Source: Eledone cirrhosa
Taxonomy: Eukaryota
DNA: 64,000 bases
Direction of reading: 5' to 3'
Assembly (NCBI GenBank): GCA_964016885.1
Contig: OZ024744.1
Location: forward strand, 34,968,001-35,032,000
Shown: positions 42,305-57,809 of the stretch, in pieces
Numbering within the stretch: position 1 is the stretch's first letter
Layout: each line of letters opens with the position of its first letter
Translations under genes and position numbers: made by a program
Notes under the pieces: generated by a model
Told to the model about the DNA's origin: nothing
The model's database searches: none
Seen by the model: the letters and a program-made list of their open reading frames with translations, nothing else

Positions 42305-42488
42305 GTGGATTGGCAGTATCGGTAGAGGGTCGGACGCCATGCTTTGACGCATAGAGTTACGGCCCTTGCCATTCTGAGTTCAAATCCCGCCGAGGTTGAC
42401 TTTGCCTTTCATCCTTACGGGGTCGATAAAATAAAGTACCAGTAATACACTGGGTAATTGCTGGCCTTGTGCCAAAAGTAGAAACAAA
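42305..42488 (+). mobile_element. tRNA-derived SINE (best copy; others at ~22040, 24577, 25470, 28551, 36724, 39757, 56463, 56555, and 62395-62555 on -)
   Basis: A-box-like tggcagtatcgg (42311), B-box gttcaaatccc (42378), central gcctttcatcc..ggggtcgataaaataaagtacc domain, tail agtagaaacaa(tta)n. Confidence 0.88.
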
Positions 42489-43179
42489 TATTACACCAAC
42501 ATCCTCAGATACAGAAATGATACTATTTGTCCATTGTTGATACAGTGATTGACAAATGAAATTATTAAAAACATTTATGTACAATATTAGTAGCATGTAT
42601 TTGACAAAAAAACATCTATATTTCCCATATATTCATTGTTGTATTACTACAACAAATCGTTATACAAATATTTACATTTTTTTTTGTTTAATTTTTTTTT
42701 TTTTTTCAATTAAAACCTAGATGTTTTACATTAAAATTTAACCTGTATGCTTCTTTGGGTGGGTTGGAAAACAAAAAGAAAAAAGATGAAAAAAAACTTT
42801 TAAAAGTATATTGCATAAATGTGATGAGTTGTTAGAATTAATAAATTTAAAATTTCCAAACTTTACTCTGTTGTTGTTGTTGATGTTGTTCTTATCGGGG
42901 GGGGGGGGGGGGGGGGGGGGGGGGTCAGTCTACTACCACTATAACTAGCAGCAGTCAGAACGACCAAATTTTTTTCTCGACCAAGAGGAAAATAATAATA
43001 AAGTATATATCCCTATACGTAAAAAGCGTCTAGGGACACATGTATTGTCCAACCATATGCCAATGTGGTTCAATGGCAGGTTAATAAATTAACGAGCCAG
43101 AACATATATAATCAAGGTTTAGCAAATAAGAAGAAGTTTCAAAATAAATTTTAAAAAATTCGCTCTTCTCACTATGGTT

Positions 43180-43267
43180 ACCTTTACCGAATCGGTTTCG
43201 AGTCTCAAAAATAAATGGACAGTCCTTGCGGCCTACCATTGCAAAGATAAACTCTCGTCAGAATGAT
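43180..43267 (-). ncRNA. Type I hammerhead ribozyme with branched loop II
   Basis: AUCAUU-CUGACGA-GAGU...[CUUUGC/GCAAGG]...ACUC-GAA-ACCG-auu-CGGU-A/AAGGU: canonical stems II and III, weak stem I. Confidence 0.7.
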
Positions 43268-43375
43268 CTTTTCACTCAGAGAATATAAAATTCCCGAGTT
43301 CAAATTACGAACTGGCGCTATTCAAAATTGTTCCTGAGATGAGAATAAATGATGTGGAAGCAATTCCGTCCAGTG

Positions 43376-43452
<77 letters not shown>

Positions 43453-43487
43453 AAAGAATAGAGGTGTAACACACGAGTTGTGTTGTG

Positions 43488-43868
43488 ATATATTGGTAAA
43501 AGGAAAAGAAAATGCTGACAAATTGTTCCCAGTGAAAAGTAGTTTAATTAGGAATAAGTATAAATTAGTAATAGTATTGGTTCGTATTCAGTTTTGGTTT
43601 TAAGTTTTTACCGGTTGCGCATTTCTAATGCTTTTCAAAAATAATTTTGAGATAGAGCGCTCGTGATGTTTGCTCTAATCTGATTAGAGCAAACATCACG
43701 AGCGCTCTATCTCAAAATTATTTTTGAAAAGCATTAGAAATGCGCAACCGGTAAAAACTTAAAACCAAAACTGAATACTAACCAATACTAATTTATACTT
43801 ATTCCTAATTAAACTACTTTTCACTGGGAACAATTTGTCAGCATTTTCTTTTCCTTTTACCAATATAT
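43488..43868. repeat. Near-perfect ~380-bp palindrome centred on 43681
   Basis: ...gtttgctctaatc-t-gattagagcaaac...; arms ~190 bp with one small indel and a substitution; flanked by (TA)n. Confidence 0.95.
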
Positions 43869-43933
43869 ATATATATATATATATTTTTTTCTATTTTTTT
43901 ATTTTTTTTTTTATATATATATATATATTTTTT

Positions 43934-44450
43934 CTAAGGCGGGTAAAATTCCCGACATCCATGGATGAGTTCTCTCCAGCGGTCTCTGTCCCTCATTATC
44001 GCTGCCATGTCCTGCGTCTCCAATAGACCAGTGTCTGTCCTTAGGGCATCAACATACGTTAACCTTGGTCTTCCTCTTCTAGTGTGTCCATGTAGGGGCT
44101 CCCAAAGGAGCACTGAGTGCAATGTCAACTCTGGATGTCGGTGAGCATGTCCAGCTAACCTCAGTCTCCTCTGTGTCACTTTTGAGCTGACTTTTGGGAG
44201 GCTCCAGTACAGCTCTGAGTTTTTCATCCTCAGTGTATACTGATTAATGTTCAGAGCCATCCTCAGCATTCTCGTGTAGCACCCATCCACCATCTGAGTG
44301 AGTTTCTTGGTCATTGTCCAAGTCTCAGACCCATACAGCAGCACAGACTCCACTACAGCAATGAAGAGGCGGATTTTCAGGTCTCTACGAAGGTCCAACT
44401 TCCATACCGATCTCAAGCTGTGGCACGCTGCCCAGGCCTTGCTCTTCCTC
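43934..44450 (-). mobile_element. 3' fragment of another RTE-like LINE
   Basis: LKIRLF.A.VESVLLYGSETWTMTK..DGCYTRMLRMAL..RRLRLAGHAHR..RGRPRLTY. Confidence 0.8.
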
Positions 44451-44464
44451 ATATATATATATAG

Positions 44465-47740
<3,276 letters not shown>

Positions 47741-48082
47741 CTGTGTGTATATAGATATGAAGTGTTTCCGTAAGAAAGGTAAAGGAAAAGAGAGTGTTCT
47801 TTGACGGAGTGGTGGTGCATTATTAGCCTTCGCCCCCTCACCAGATATTCATTAGTAGATTCAGTTGCCAACACTTTGAGGGCGGCTGGCCGAGAAGGTA
47901 GTTGGTCAGACGTCCTCTTTGTCTCTGACTCTGATTTTTCGGACCCATGGATTTTTACATATTCCTTTGTTATATTCCAATACCTGATGATATCACCGGA
48001 TTCATATGGAACCCGGTCACTGAAATGATCGTAGTATAATAAACCTTTCAAGGATTTACACCAGTCCAGCCTCCTGTTATTT

Positions 48083-48134
<52 letters not shown>

Positions 48135-48168
48135 GTTATTCCGGGTTGGGTCGGAGGTAACCACAGTA

Positions 48169-48353
48169 AGTAAGGTACTCAATACATTGCAGAGTATAAA
48201 AGTTTTAATATAGATGAGATTCTACAGGACTAGAACTGTTTCATTCTTTAGAAATCATCATTGATGATTTCTAAAGAATGAAACAGTTCTAGTCCTGTAG
48301 AATCTCATCTATATTAAAACTTTTATACTCTGCAATGTATTGAGTACCTTACT
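48169..48353. repeat. Perfect palindrome, 92-bp arms, centred on 48261, beginning in an HHR core
   Basis: ...agaaatcatca-t-tgatgatttct...; arm reads UGAUGA-u-UUC-uaaa-GAA-u-GAAAC-aguucua-GUC; related single-arm copy at 36611-36665. Confidence 0.9.
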
Positions 48354-48361
48354 CAATATAT

Positions 48362-51300
48362 ATCATCATCACCGTTTTACGTCCGTTCTTCCACGCTAGC
48401 ATGGGTTAGACGGGTTGTCCTGTTGTGGGCAGTGTCTGGTCGGCTGACCATGCCTTGCTCATACAGGAACTGATCTGGCTTGATTTCTACAGCTGGATGC
48501 CCTTCCTAACACCAACCTCATTTACAGTGAGTGCTGGGTGCTTTTTCGTGGCGCCTACACGTCCACTTTACAGTGTAGGCTGGGTGCTTTTTTGCCGTGG
48601 CACCTCCACGACCACCTTGCGGTGGGGGGGGGGGGGGGGCATATTGTTTATATGCTTCAGCATGTACCCATGGGAGGTCGGGTACCCTGTATTACTGCGT
48701 GACGCCAGAAGTCACGGTCGTGTGTCATTGACTTTGAGAGGTGTAGTTGGGTAAGGTCGGCTTTTATCACCTCATCCCAAGTCATCTTGGGTCTCCCCAC
48801 TCCGCGGTTTCCATCAACTTCTAGTGCTCTGCACCTTTTTATGCAGCTGTCATCCTTCATACGCATCACATGTCCATACCAGCGTAACCGCCTCTCCTGC
48901 ACGCAGCATTTGATTCCTCTTATGCTCAGTCTCTCTCTCAATTCATTTATGCTTTGTCGTTCACGTATATTACTGTTACACATCCATCGGAGCATGCAGG
49001 CTTCGTTTCTCTCTAATCTACGTAAGTCTTCCACCTTCAGCGCCCAGGTCTCACTACCATGCAACATCGCTGTTCGGATACACGCATCATACAGTCTGCC
49101 TTTCATTCTGAGGGAGAAGCCTTTTGCAGCTAGCAGTGGTAGTAGTTCCCTAAACTTCTTCCATCCCGTTCTTACCCTAGTTATTGTACTTTCTGAGCAC
49201 CCACCTCCGTTGCTAATTCGGTCACCTAGGTAGCAGAAGCTGTCTACTGTTTCTACAGGGCCCTCCCAGAGATTGGTGGTACTTGTTTCCTGTGGCTGTT
49301 TGCTTGCTGTTTCAGCACAGCTGCTGCATGTGAATCCTACATTCTTAATTAAGCTTCCTGAGATCCCGCTACATCTCTTGTGTACCCATTGTTTGCATTT
49401 GGGGCAAAGAATGGAGTTCCTACCTACACCTTTCCTACATACTGAGCAAGGCCATTTCCCTGAGGGGATCTGGGTTCTGTTTTCTCGTCTACTTATAAGG
49501 ACCTTAGTCTTTGTCATGTTGACTTTGAGGCCCTTTCTCTCTAGTCCCTGCTTCCAGGTTTGGAATTTATTCTCTAGTTCTACCATAGATTCAGCTATGA
49601 GTGCGAGGTCATCAGCATACAGGAGTTCCCATGGGCATCCGGTCTTAAACTCCTCCGTTATTGCCTGCAGGACTATGATGAACAGGAGAGGGCTAAGAAC
49701 AGAGCCCTGGTGGACCCCAACCTGTACGCTAAATTCCTCGCTATACTCATTGCCAATCCTAACTTTGCTGACTGCTCCCCTATACATGGCTTGTACCGCT
49801 TTCACAAGCCATTCATCTACTCCTAGTTTTCTAAGAGCCCACCAGATTACTGCACGTGGAACTCTGTCAAAGGCTTTCTCAAGGTCGACAAATGCCAAGT
49901 AGAGTGGCTTACTTTTAGCTAGGTACTTTTCCTGTAATTGCCTCACAAGGAAGAGCGCATCAGTGGTGCCTTTCCCTGGTACAAACCCAAATTGCATCTC
50001 GTCTATATTCACCCGGTCCCTAATCAGCTGTGCTATAACTCTTTCTGTTACTTTCATGACCTGGTCCATCAACTTTATACCTCTATAGTTTCCTCTATCT
50101 AGTGCATCGCCTTTACCTTTGTAGCAGTTGACAATGATGCTACTGCACCAATCTTTTGGTATGGCCCCCTCTAGTATTACCTGGTTAACGATACGTGTGG
50201 TTATAGTGTGACCTACAGACCCAGATGCCTTCAGCATCTCGGCAGCTATACCCGATGGACCGGTTGCCTTCCCTATCTTCATATCTCTGATTGCCTTACT
50301 TACTACGCTGCCGCTGACTTGTACTGCTGGTCCCTCTATAGGGTCTACGTGGGGTAGGGTCTCTTCTTCCCATGCATTCTCCTCATTTAGTAATCTATCA
50401 TAATGACTCTTCCATGCATCTTTCTTCTCAGCACTTGTGAGGGCAAGCTCACCTTTATCATTCCGGATACACTTCTCTCCAATGACATCACAACTATCTC
50501 TGACACACTGCCTCGCAATTTTGAATACCTATTGTTTCTGGTCCTCACGTTGTAAAACATGCTTGAATTTTCTATCCTCTGCTTCCCTCCTAGCTAAGTA
50601 TACTTGTCGCCTAGCTTCCCTCTTGGTCTCTATGTAATGTACCCTGCTCCCCCCGTTCTTCCATTCTTTCCATGCCTGTCTCTTGGCCTTGACTGCTTCA
50701 TCTACCTTATTGTTCCACCACCAAGTCACTCTCCTCCTGCTTGAGGTCTTACTCCAGCCACAAACCTCATCCGTCGCCTCTAGTAAGTTATTTTTTAGGA
50801 ACTCCCAGTTCTCTTCTACGTTAAATGTCTCTATCTGTTCTTCTTTACTGTCGTAGGCGTTGAGTAAAATATCTTTAAATCTGTTACTGGTTGAGGGGAC
50901 TTTCAGCTTCCAGATCTTTCTTCTCCAGGTTGGCCTCTGTTTCAGGGCTCGTCTAGTTCTGACCGTGAGGTCGCTGACAACTAAGCTATGTTGGGATGTA
51001 CATTCCTCACTAGGGAAGGCTTTTGTGTTTACGACCGTCCATCTGTCACGTCCTCTGATGAGGATAAAATCTAACTGACTAGAGTGCTCCCCTGATCTAT
51101 AGGTGATCAGGTGGTTGTCGGGTTTTTTAAAGTTTGTGTTACATATCGACATGTCATTGGCGTCGCAGAATTCTAGAAGTCTGAATCCTTCCTCATTCCT
51201 TGTGCCAACTCCATGGCCTCCATGTACTCTATTGAAGCCGTCGCAGTGTTTACCTACGTGTCCGTTAAAATCTCCTGCAATGATTAGGAAGTCCTTGTCG

Positions 51301-51688
51301 TCTGTTAGAGCAGTAGTGTGTATTAGGGACTCGTAAAACCTATCCTTAAGTTCGTCTGGCAGCCCCGATTGGGGTGCGTAAGCTGATATTATTGTGGTAA
51401 TTGTCTTATTCAGGACTAGTCTGAGTTTAATGATTCTTGCATTTACCCTGTACACTGAGATTACTTTATCTACCCACTTGTCAGCTAATAGTATACCTAC
51501 ACCACCCATCCCATCGTCATTTCCCACCCAGAAAAATTTGTAGCACTGGCTTTTTCCTACAAGGACTCTAGCAGACCCTCCTCTCCATCTAGTCTCTTGC
51601 ACACAGCATACATCAACTTCCTTTCGCTCTAGCATTTCTACGATTTCTCCTGCTCTTCCTTTCATTGAGCCTACATTGATGAGCCTAC
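48362..51688 (-). mobile_element. RTE-type LINE subfamily 2; ~1000-codon APE-RT-PHD frame interrupted by one in-frame TAG
   Basis: ORFs 50529..51866 and 48657..50282 share a frame; TAG at 50529-50531 replaces the E of EDQK(R/Q)EVF seen in subfamily 1; (GAT)n tail at 48362. Confidence 0.93.
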
Positions 51689-51689
51689 A

Positions 51690-52731
51690 TATATATATAT
51701 ATATATATGTAAGTATGTATGAATGTATACGTACATACATATATGTATACAGACGTACAGTAGTATGTATATATATATATATATACATACATGCACACAT
51801 ATATATATGCACGTATCGGTTTACCGAACATTTATTATAATGCTCGGTTTGTTTGTTTGTAAACAAACAAACAGCCCGAATTAGCCGTACAGTGTTTAGG
51901 CAACCACGTCACCTTTTTGTTCAACACTGACACAGGAACGATGTACTAGTTTCAAGCTTATTAGCCATCGCCAGCATCGTATACCTTCCTGCCAGATGGT
52001 TGAACGTCTGAAAGTATATACTTTCCTTATGCATATTAACGGCTGAGCAGCCTAATTTGCATATCGAGTGAGTTCAGTCGGCCGGGCACACCGAAAACGA
52101 TAAATGGAATAGAATGAAACAAAATTTTATTTCTCACTCTTAGTACGGCAATGTAAGTATGTATGTATGTATACGTACATACATATATGTATACAGTACT
52201 ATGTATATATATACATACATGCACACATATATATATATGCACGTATCGGTTTACCGAACATTTATTATAATGCCATTTATAATTATTATTCCATTTATCG
52301 TTTTCGGTGTGCCCGGCCAACTGAACTCACTCGATATGGTAATTAAGCTGCTCAGCCGTTAATATGCATAAGGAAAGTATAAACTTTCAGACGTTCAACC
52401 ATCTGGCAGGAAGGTATACGATGCTGACGATAGCTAATAAGCTTGAAACTAGTACATCGTTCTTGTGTCAGTGTTGAACAAAAAGGTGACGTGGTTGCCT
52501 AAACACTGTACGGCTAATTCGGGCTGTTTGTTTGTTTACAAACAAACAAACCGAGCATTATAATAAATGTTCGGTAAACCGATACGTGCATATATATATG
52601 TGTGCATTTATGTATATATATACATACTACTGTACGTCTGTATACATATATGTATGTACGTATACATACATACTTACATTTAAGTAAGTGCCGTACTAAG
52701 AGTGAGAAATGAAATTTCGTTTCATTCTATT
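51690..52731. mobile_element. Head-to-head inverted pair of retrozyme-like monomers (51690-52273 on -, 52288-52731 on +)
   Basis: Both align to the array monomer. HHR at 52411-52465 (+) is intact; HHR at 51934-51987 (-) has CUGGCGA. Confidence 0.85.
52411..52465 (+). ncRNA. Type I hammerhead ribozyme (retrozyme copy)
   Basis: ACGAUG-CUGACGA-u-AGCU-aaua-AGCU-u-GAAACUAGUA/CAUCGU; fully Watson-Crick stem I. Confidence 0.85.
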
Positions 52732-52747
52732 CTCTCTCTCTCTCTCC

Positions 52748-52780
<33 letters not shown>

Positions 52781-53536
52781 GTAATAATAATAAATTTGAA
52801 GACTAAAATCCAAAGAGGGCTCGATAAGGATAAATATATATCAAATATATAAAAACCGTAGACGTATATTTGATTGTATATGTTATGGCGTATATTTTTA
52901 TATTTTCTGGTACAAATGCTTTTGGTTTTGTGTATACGTGAGTTTTGCGTCTGTGTGAGTATGCGGGTTCGTACGTATGTAGGGTCTGTGTATATGTGTA
53001 CTTCGTGTTTTGGTTGACGTTCGTCTCCGAACATTTGTGTATTTACATGTAGGTATGTGTGTGTGCTTGTTATATACGTATTTATTTATTTATATACGGT
53101 TATTTAATTATTTGTATACACGCACACACACACACACGTATTTATGTGTGCGTGTATGTGTATACCTATGGCGAGTGTTTTCGCGTATGCTTGTGAATGT
53201 AAGTATTAGGATACGTGTAAGTATTTATTTAATTTCAATTACCTCTGTATTTTATTTACTTTATTCTTAACTCTGAAGCGGATATCATTCGGTTTCCTAG
53301 TTAGAATTTTAGTCTACGACTTCAGCTATACCATTTACGTGGTTTTGTCTTTGCGTACAATTGTTCTCCACGGACCACATATGACGTATTATCTTCGTTT
53401 TTTCCTTTCATTGCCAGAGAACGTCTCTATGAACCACCTAATAGAACATTAGTCTACGACTTTTTTATACCAAAAACGTGGTTTTGTCTTTGCGTGTAAT
53501 TGTTTTTCACCGCTCCAAATGATTTCCCACTCTTAC

Positions 53537-56462
53537 AATATGTGTGCATGTATGTATATATATATATATATACTTCTGTACATCTGTATACATATATGTA
53601 TGTACGAGTACATACTTATATTTAAGTAACAGCCGTACTAAGAGTGGGAAATGAAATTTCGTTGCATTTTTTCCGTTTATCGTTTTCGGTGCACCCGGCC
53701 GATTAACCCGCTCGATATGCAAATTGGTCTACTCAGCCGATAATATGCATAAGGTAAGTATATACGTTCAACAATCTGGCAGGAAGGTATGCGTTGCTGA
53801 CGATAGCTAATAGGCTTGAAACTAGTACAGCGTTCCTTTGTCGGTGTTGAACAAACGAGCAATGATGATTGCTGGACACTGCGGCTTAATACAAGATGTT
53901 TGTTTACAAACACACCGAGCATTATAATAAATGTTCGGTGAATCCATACGTACATATATATATATGTGTGCATGTATGTATATATATATACATACTACTG
54001 TACGTCTGTATACATATATGTATGTACGTGTACATACTTATATTTAAGTAACAGCCGTACTAAGAGTGGGAAATGAAATTTCGTTTCATTATTTCCGTTT
54101 ATCGTTTTCGGTGCACCCGGCCGATTAACCCACTCGATATGCAAATTGGTCTACTCAGCCGATAATATGCATGAGGTAAGTATATACGTTCAACAATCTG
54201 GCATGAAGGTATGCGTTGCTGACGATAGCTAATAAGCTTGAAACTAGTACAGCATTCCTTTGTCAGTGTTGAACAAACGAGCAATGATGATTGCTGGACA
54301 CTACGGCTTAATACGGGATGTTTGTTTATAAACACACCGAGCATTATAATAAATGTTCGGTGAATCCATACGTACATATATATATATGTGTGCATGTATG
54401 TATATATATATACATATACATACTACTGTACGTCTGTATACATATATGTATCTACGTGTACATACTTATATTTAAGTAACAGCCGTACTAAGAGTGGGAA
54501 ATGAAATTTCGTTTCATATTTTCCATTTATCGTTTTTGGTGCACCCGGCCGATTAACCCACTCGATATCGAATTGGGCTACTCTGCTGTTAATATGCATA
54601 TGGTAAGTATATACGTTCAACAATCTGGCAGGAAGGTATGCGTTGCTGACGATAGATAATAAGCTTGAAATTAGTACAGCGTTCCTTTGTCGGTGTTGAA
54701 CAAACGAGTAACGATGGCTGCTGGAGACTGCGGCTTAATACGTGATGTTTGTTTACAATCACACCGAGCATTATAATAAATGTTCGGTGAATCCATACGT
54801 ACATATATATATGTGTGCATGTATGTATATATATATACATACTACTTTACGTCTGTATACATATATGTATGTACGTATACATACTTATATTTAAGTAACA
54901 GCCGAACTAAGAGTGGGAAATGAAATTTCGTTTCATTCTTTCCGGTTATCGTTTTCGGTGCCCCCGGGCGATTAACCCACTCGATATGCAAATTGGGCTA
55001 CTCAGCCGTTAATATGCATAAAGTAAGTATATAAGTTCAACAATCTGGCAGGAAGGTATGCGTTGCTGACGATAGCTAATAAGCTTGAAACTAGTACAGC
55101 GTTCCTTTGTCGGTGTTGAACAAACGAGCAACGATGGTTGCTGGACACTACGGCTTAATACGGGATGTTTGTTTACAAACACACCGAGCATTATAATAAA
55201 TGTTCTGTGAATCCATACGTACATATATATATGTGTGCATGTATGTATATATATATGCATACTACTGTACGTCTGTATACATATATGTATGTACATGTAC
55301 ATACTTATATTTAAGTCACAGCCGTACTAAGGGTCAGAATGAAATTTCGTTTCATTTTTTCCGTTTATCGTTTTCGGTGCACCCTGCCGATTAACCCACT
55401 CGATATGCAAATTGTTCTACTCAGCCGCTAATATGCATAAGGTAAGTATATACGTTCAACAATCTGGCAGGAAGGTATGCGTTGCTGTGCTGTCGATAGC
55501 TAATAAGCTTGAAACTAGTACAGCGTTCCTTTGTCGGTGTTGAACAAACGAAAAACGATGGTTGCTAGACACTACGGCTTAATAGGGGATGTTTGTTTAC
55601 AAACACACCGAGCATTATAATAAATGTTCGGTGAATCCATACGTACATATATATATGTGTGCATGTATGTATATATATATATACTATTGTACGTCTGTAT
55701 ACATATATGTATGTATGTGTACATACTTATATTTAAGTAACAGCCGAACTAAGAGTGGGAAAGGAAATTTCGTTTCATTTTTTCTGCTTATCGTTTTCGG
55801 TGCACCCGGCCGATTAACCCACTCAATATGCATATTTGGTCTACTCAGCCGTTAATATGCATAAGATAAGTATATACGTTCAACAATCTGGCAGGAAGGT
55901 ATGCGTTGCTGACGATAGCTAATAAGCTTGAAACTAGTACTGCGTTCCTTTGTCGGTGTTGACCAAACGAGTAACGATGACTGCTGGATACTAGAGCTTA
56001 ATACGGGGTGTTTGTTTACACACACACCGAGCATTATAATAAATGTTCGGTGAATCCATACGTACATATATATATGTGTGCATGTATGTATATATATATA
56101 CATACTACTGTACGTCTGTATACATATATGTATGTACGTGTTCATACTTATATTTAAGTAACAGCCGAACTAAGAGTGGGAAATGAAATTTCGTTTCATT
56201 ATTTCCGTTTATCGTTTTCGGTGCACCCGGCCGATTAACCCACTCGATATGCAAATATGGCTACTCAGCCGTTAATATGCATAAGGTAAGTATATACATT
56301 CAACAATCTGGTACGAAGGTATGCGTTGCTGACGATAGCTAATAAGCTTGAAACTAGTACAGCGTTCCTTTGTCGATGTTGAACAAACGAGCAACGATGG
56401 TTGCTGGACACTACGGCTTAATACGTGATGTTTGTTTACAAACACACCGAGCATTATAATAA
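53537..56462 (+). repeat. Tandem array of 7 x ~422-bp monomers, one hammerhead each (non-LTR retrozyme-like satellite)
   Basis: gagcattataat recurs at 53917, 54339, 54766, 55186, 55610, 56029 and 56449. HHRs at 53784-53838, 54206-54260, 54633-54687, 55053-55107, 55472-55531, 55896-55950 and 56316-56370. Confidence 0.9.
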
Positions 56463-56904
56463 TCGGGGTCGATAAAATAAAGTACCAGTAATACACTGGG
56501 TTAATTGCTGGCCTTGTGCCAAAAGTAGAAACAATTATTATTATAAATAATAATAGAGCGTCGGACAACATGCTTTGTGACAAAAAGTTACGTGTCTTCA
56601 CGTTCTGAGTTCAAATAACGCCGAGGTCATTCATCCTCAATAAAAAATAAAGATCCAGTAATGCACTGCAGACGATTTAACCGACTTTACCCTCCCCAAA
56701 AGATTGTTCGTCTTGTGCCAAAAATAGAAACAATTATTACTGTATAGCAATCAGGGAGGCACTAATTTTAGCGGTGGTGTGGGGCTGGGTGGGGGTAAGT
56801 GTCCGTAGTAAAATTAATTTAAATAAAGCGACTCAGAAAAGAAAAAAGTTAGCAGTTCATTGCATGAGACAATGTTTACATTTTATAGTAAAGACAGAGT
56901 TATC

Positions 56905-57059
56905 AACCCTTACTTCCGATTGACCCGGTTACCCGCCTTATTTAAATCGAGGGCGAAGAAAAGAAAAAGAATATTCGCATGAAACAGAAGCTATGTGAAT
57001 TTGGTCGGCATCTCTATTGTCGTTGATAAAGAGAAGGCAAACCAAAAGCAAAAGTTAGC
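56905..57059 (+). promoter_or_regulatory. Putative promoter/5' UTR of the downstream host gene
   Basis: Locally CpG-containing unique sequence with an ETS-like ACTTCCG (56913-56919) upstream of ATG 57060. Confidence 0.3.
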
Positions 57060-57207
57060 ATGAGTAAGTCTACTAGTAAGAATAAACTTGCCAGATGCAA
57101 GCTGGCAAATACAGCTAGTTCTAGTCGCACACAACTAATTGTGACTCAAGAAGAGGAAGTTGGACAAAAACAACAACAACGTGGAATGCCTATTTCTTCC
57201 CCTTCGG
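57060..57207 (+). CDS. Putative first coding exon of a host gene (MSKSTSKNKLARCK...GMPISSPS)
   Basis: ATG, 49 open codons + 1 nt, donor G|GTGTGT (phase 1), phase-compatible with the 61183 exon. Confidence 0.5.
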
Positions 57208-57809
57208 GTGTGTATTCTTTTAACTGACACCTTATTTCTTTACTTTGGCATTATTAGTATTTAATATTTATATGTGTATATCGCTGCTAAAACTAGAAAT
57301 TACCCATGCTTGTTACTTAAATATAAACACGTATGCACTTTTTATACATATGTGTATATGTACTCGCTATACTTGTTTTAATATATCCACTCATATATAT
57401 GTAAAAAGTCAACGAAGAAAAATTATATATATATATATATATATACACACAATATATTCGTTTTCAATTTCACATAAATGCCAACATGTGTACTTATATA
57501 TTTATATATGCATGTTTCCTGCAGGTGAATGAATTTATTATGTATTTTTGAAATTATTGGTGGAGCGGACTTACTAGAACGCCTGGGTTCTAAAGATAAA
57601 CATAAAATTATATCACACCGCAACACTAAATTCGTTTCATACTTAAGTAAAATCAAAACCGAACAACAACAAACAAAAAAAAGTTCGTTGTTTAGCCCCG
57701 AGTCAGCTATGATAGAGCAGAACTATGTACAAATGGGTTCCAGCTTTAATCATCCTGTCTTTCTGTATGCTGTAACTACATTGTTTAATATATGCCCTTT
57801 ATATATATA

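Noticed and set aside
42305-42395. Possible tRNA gene
   Set aside because: A/B boxes too far apart, no cloverleaf, followed by SINE body and present in many diverged copies.
53677-56601. Repeated ~98-aa ORFs on the minus strand of the tandem array
   Set aside because: Start in the microsatellite segment, stops vary between units, no domain; by-products of the repeat.
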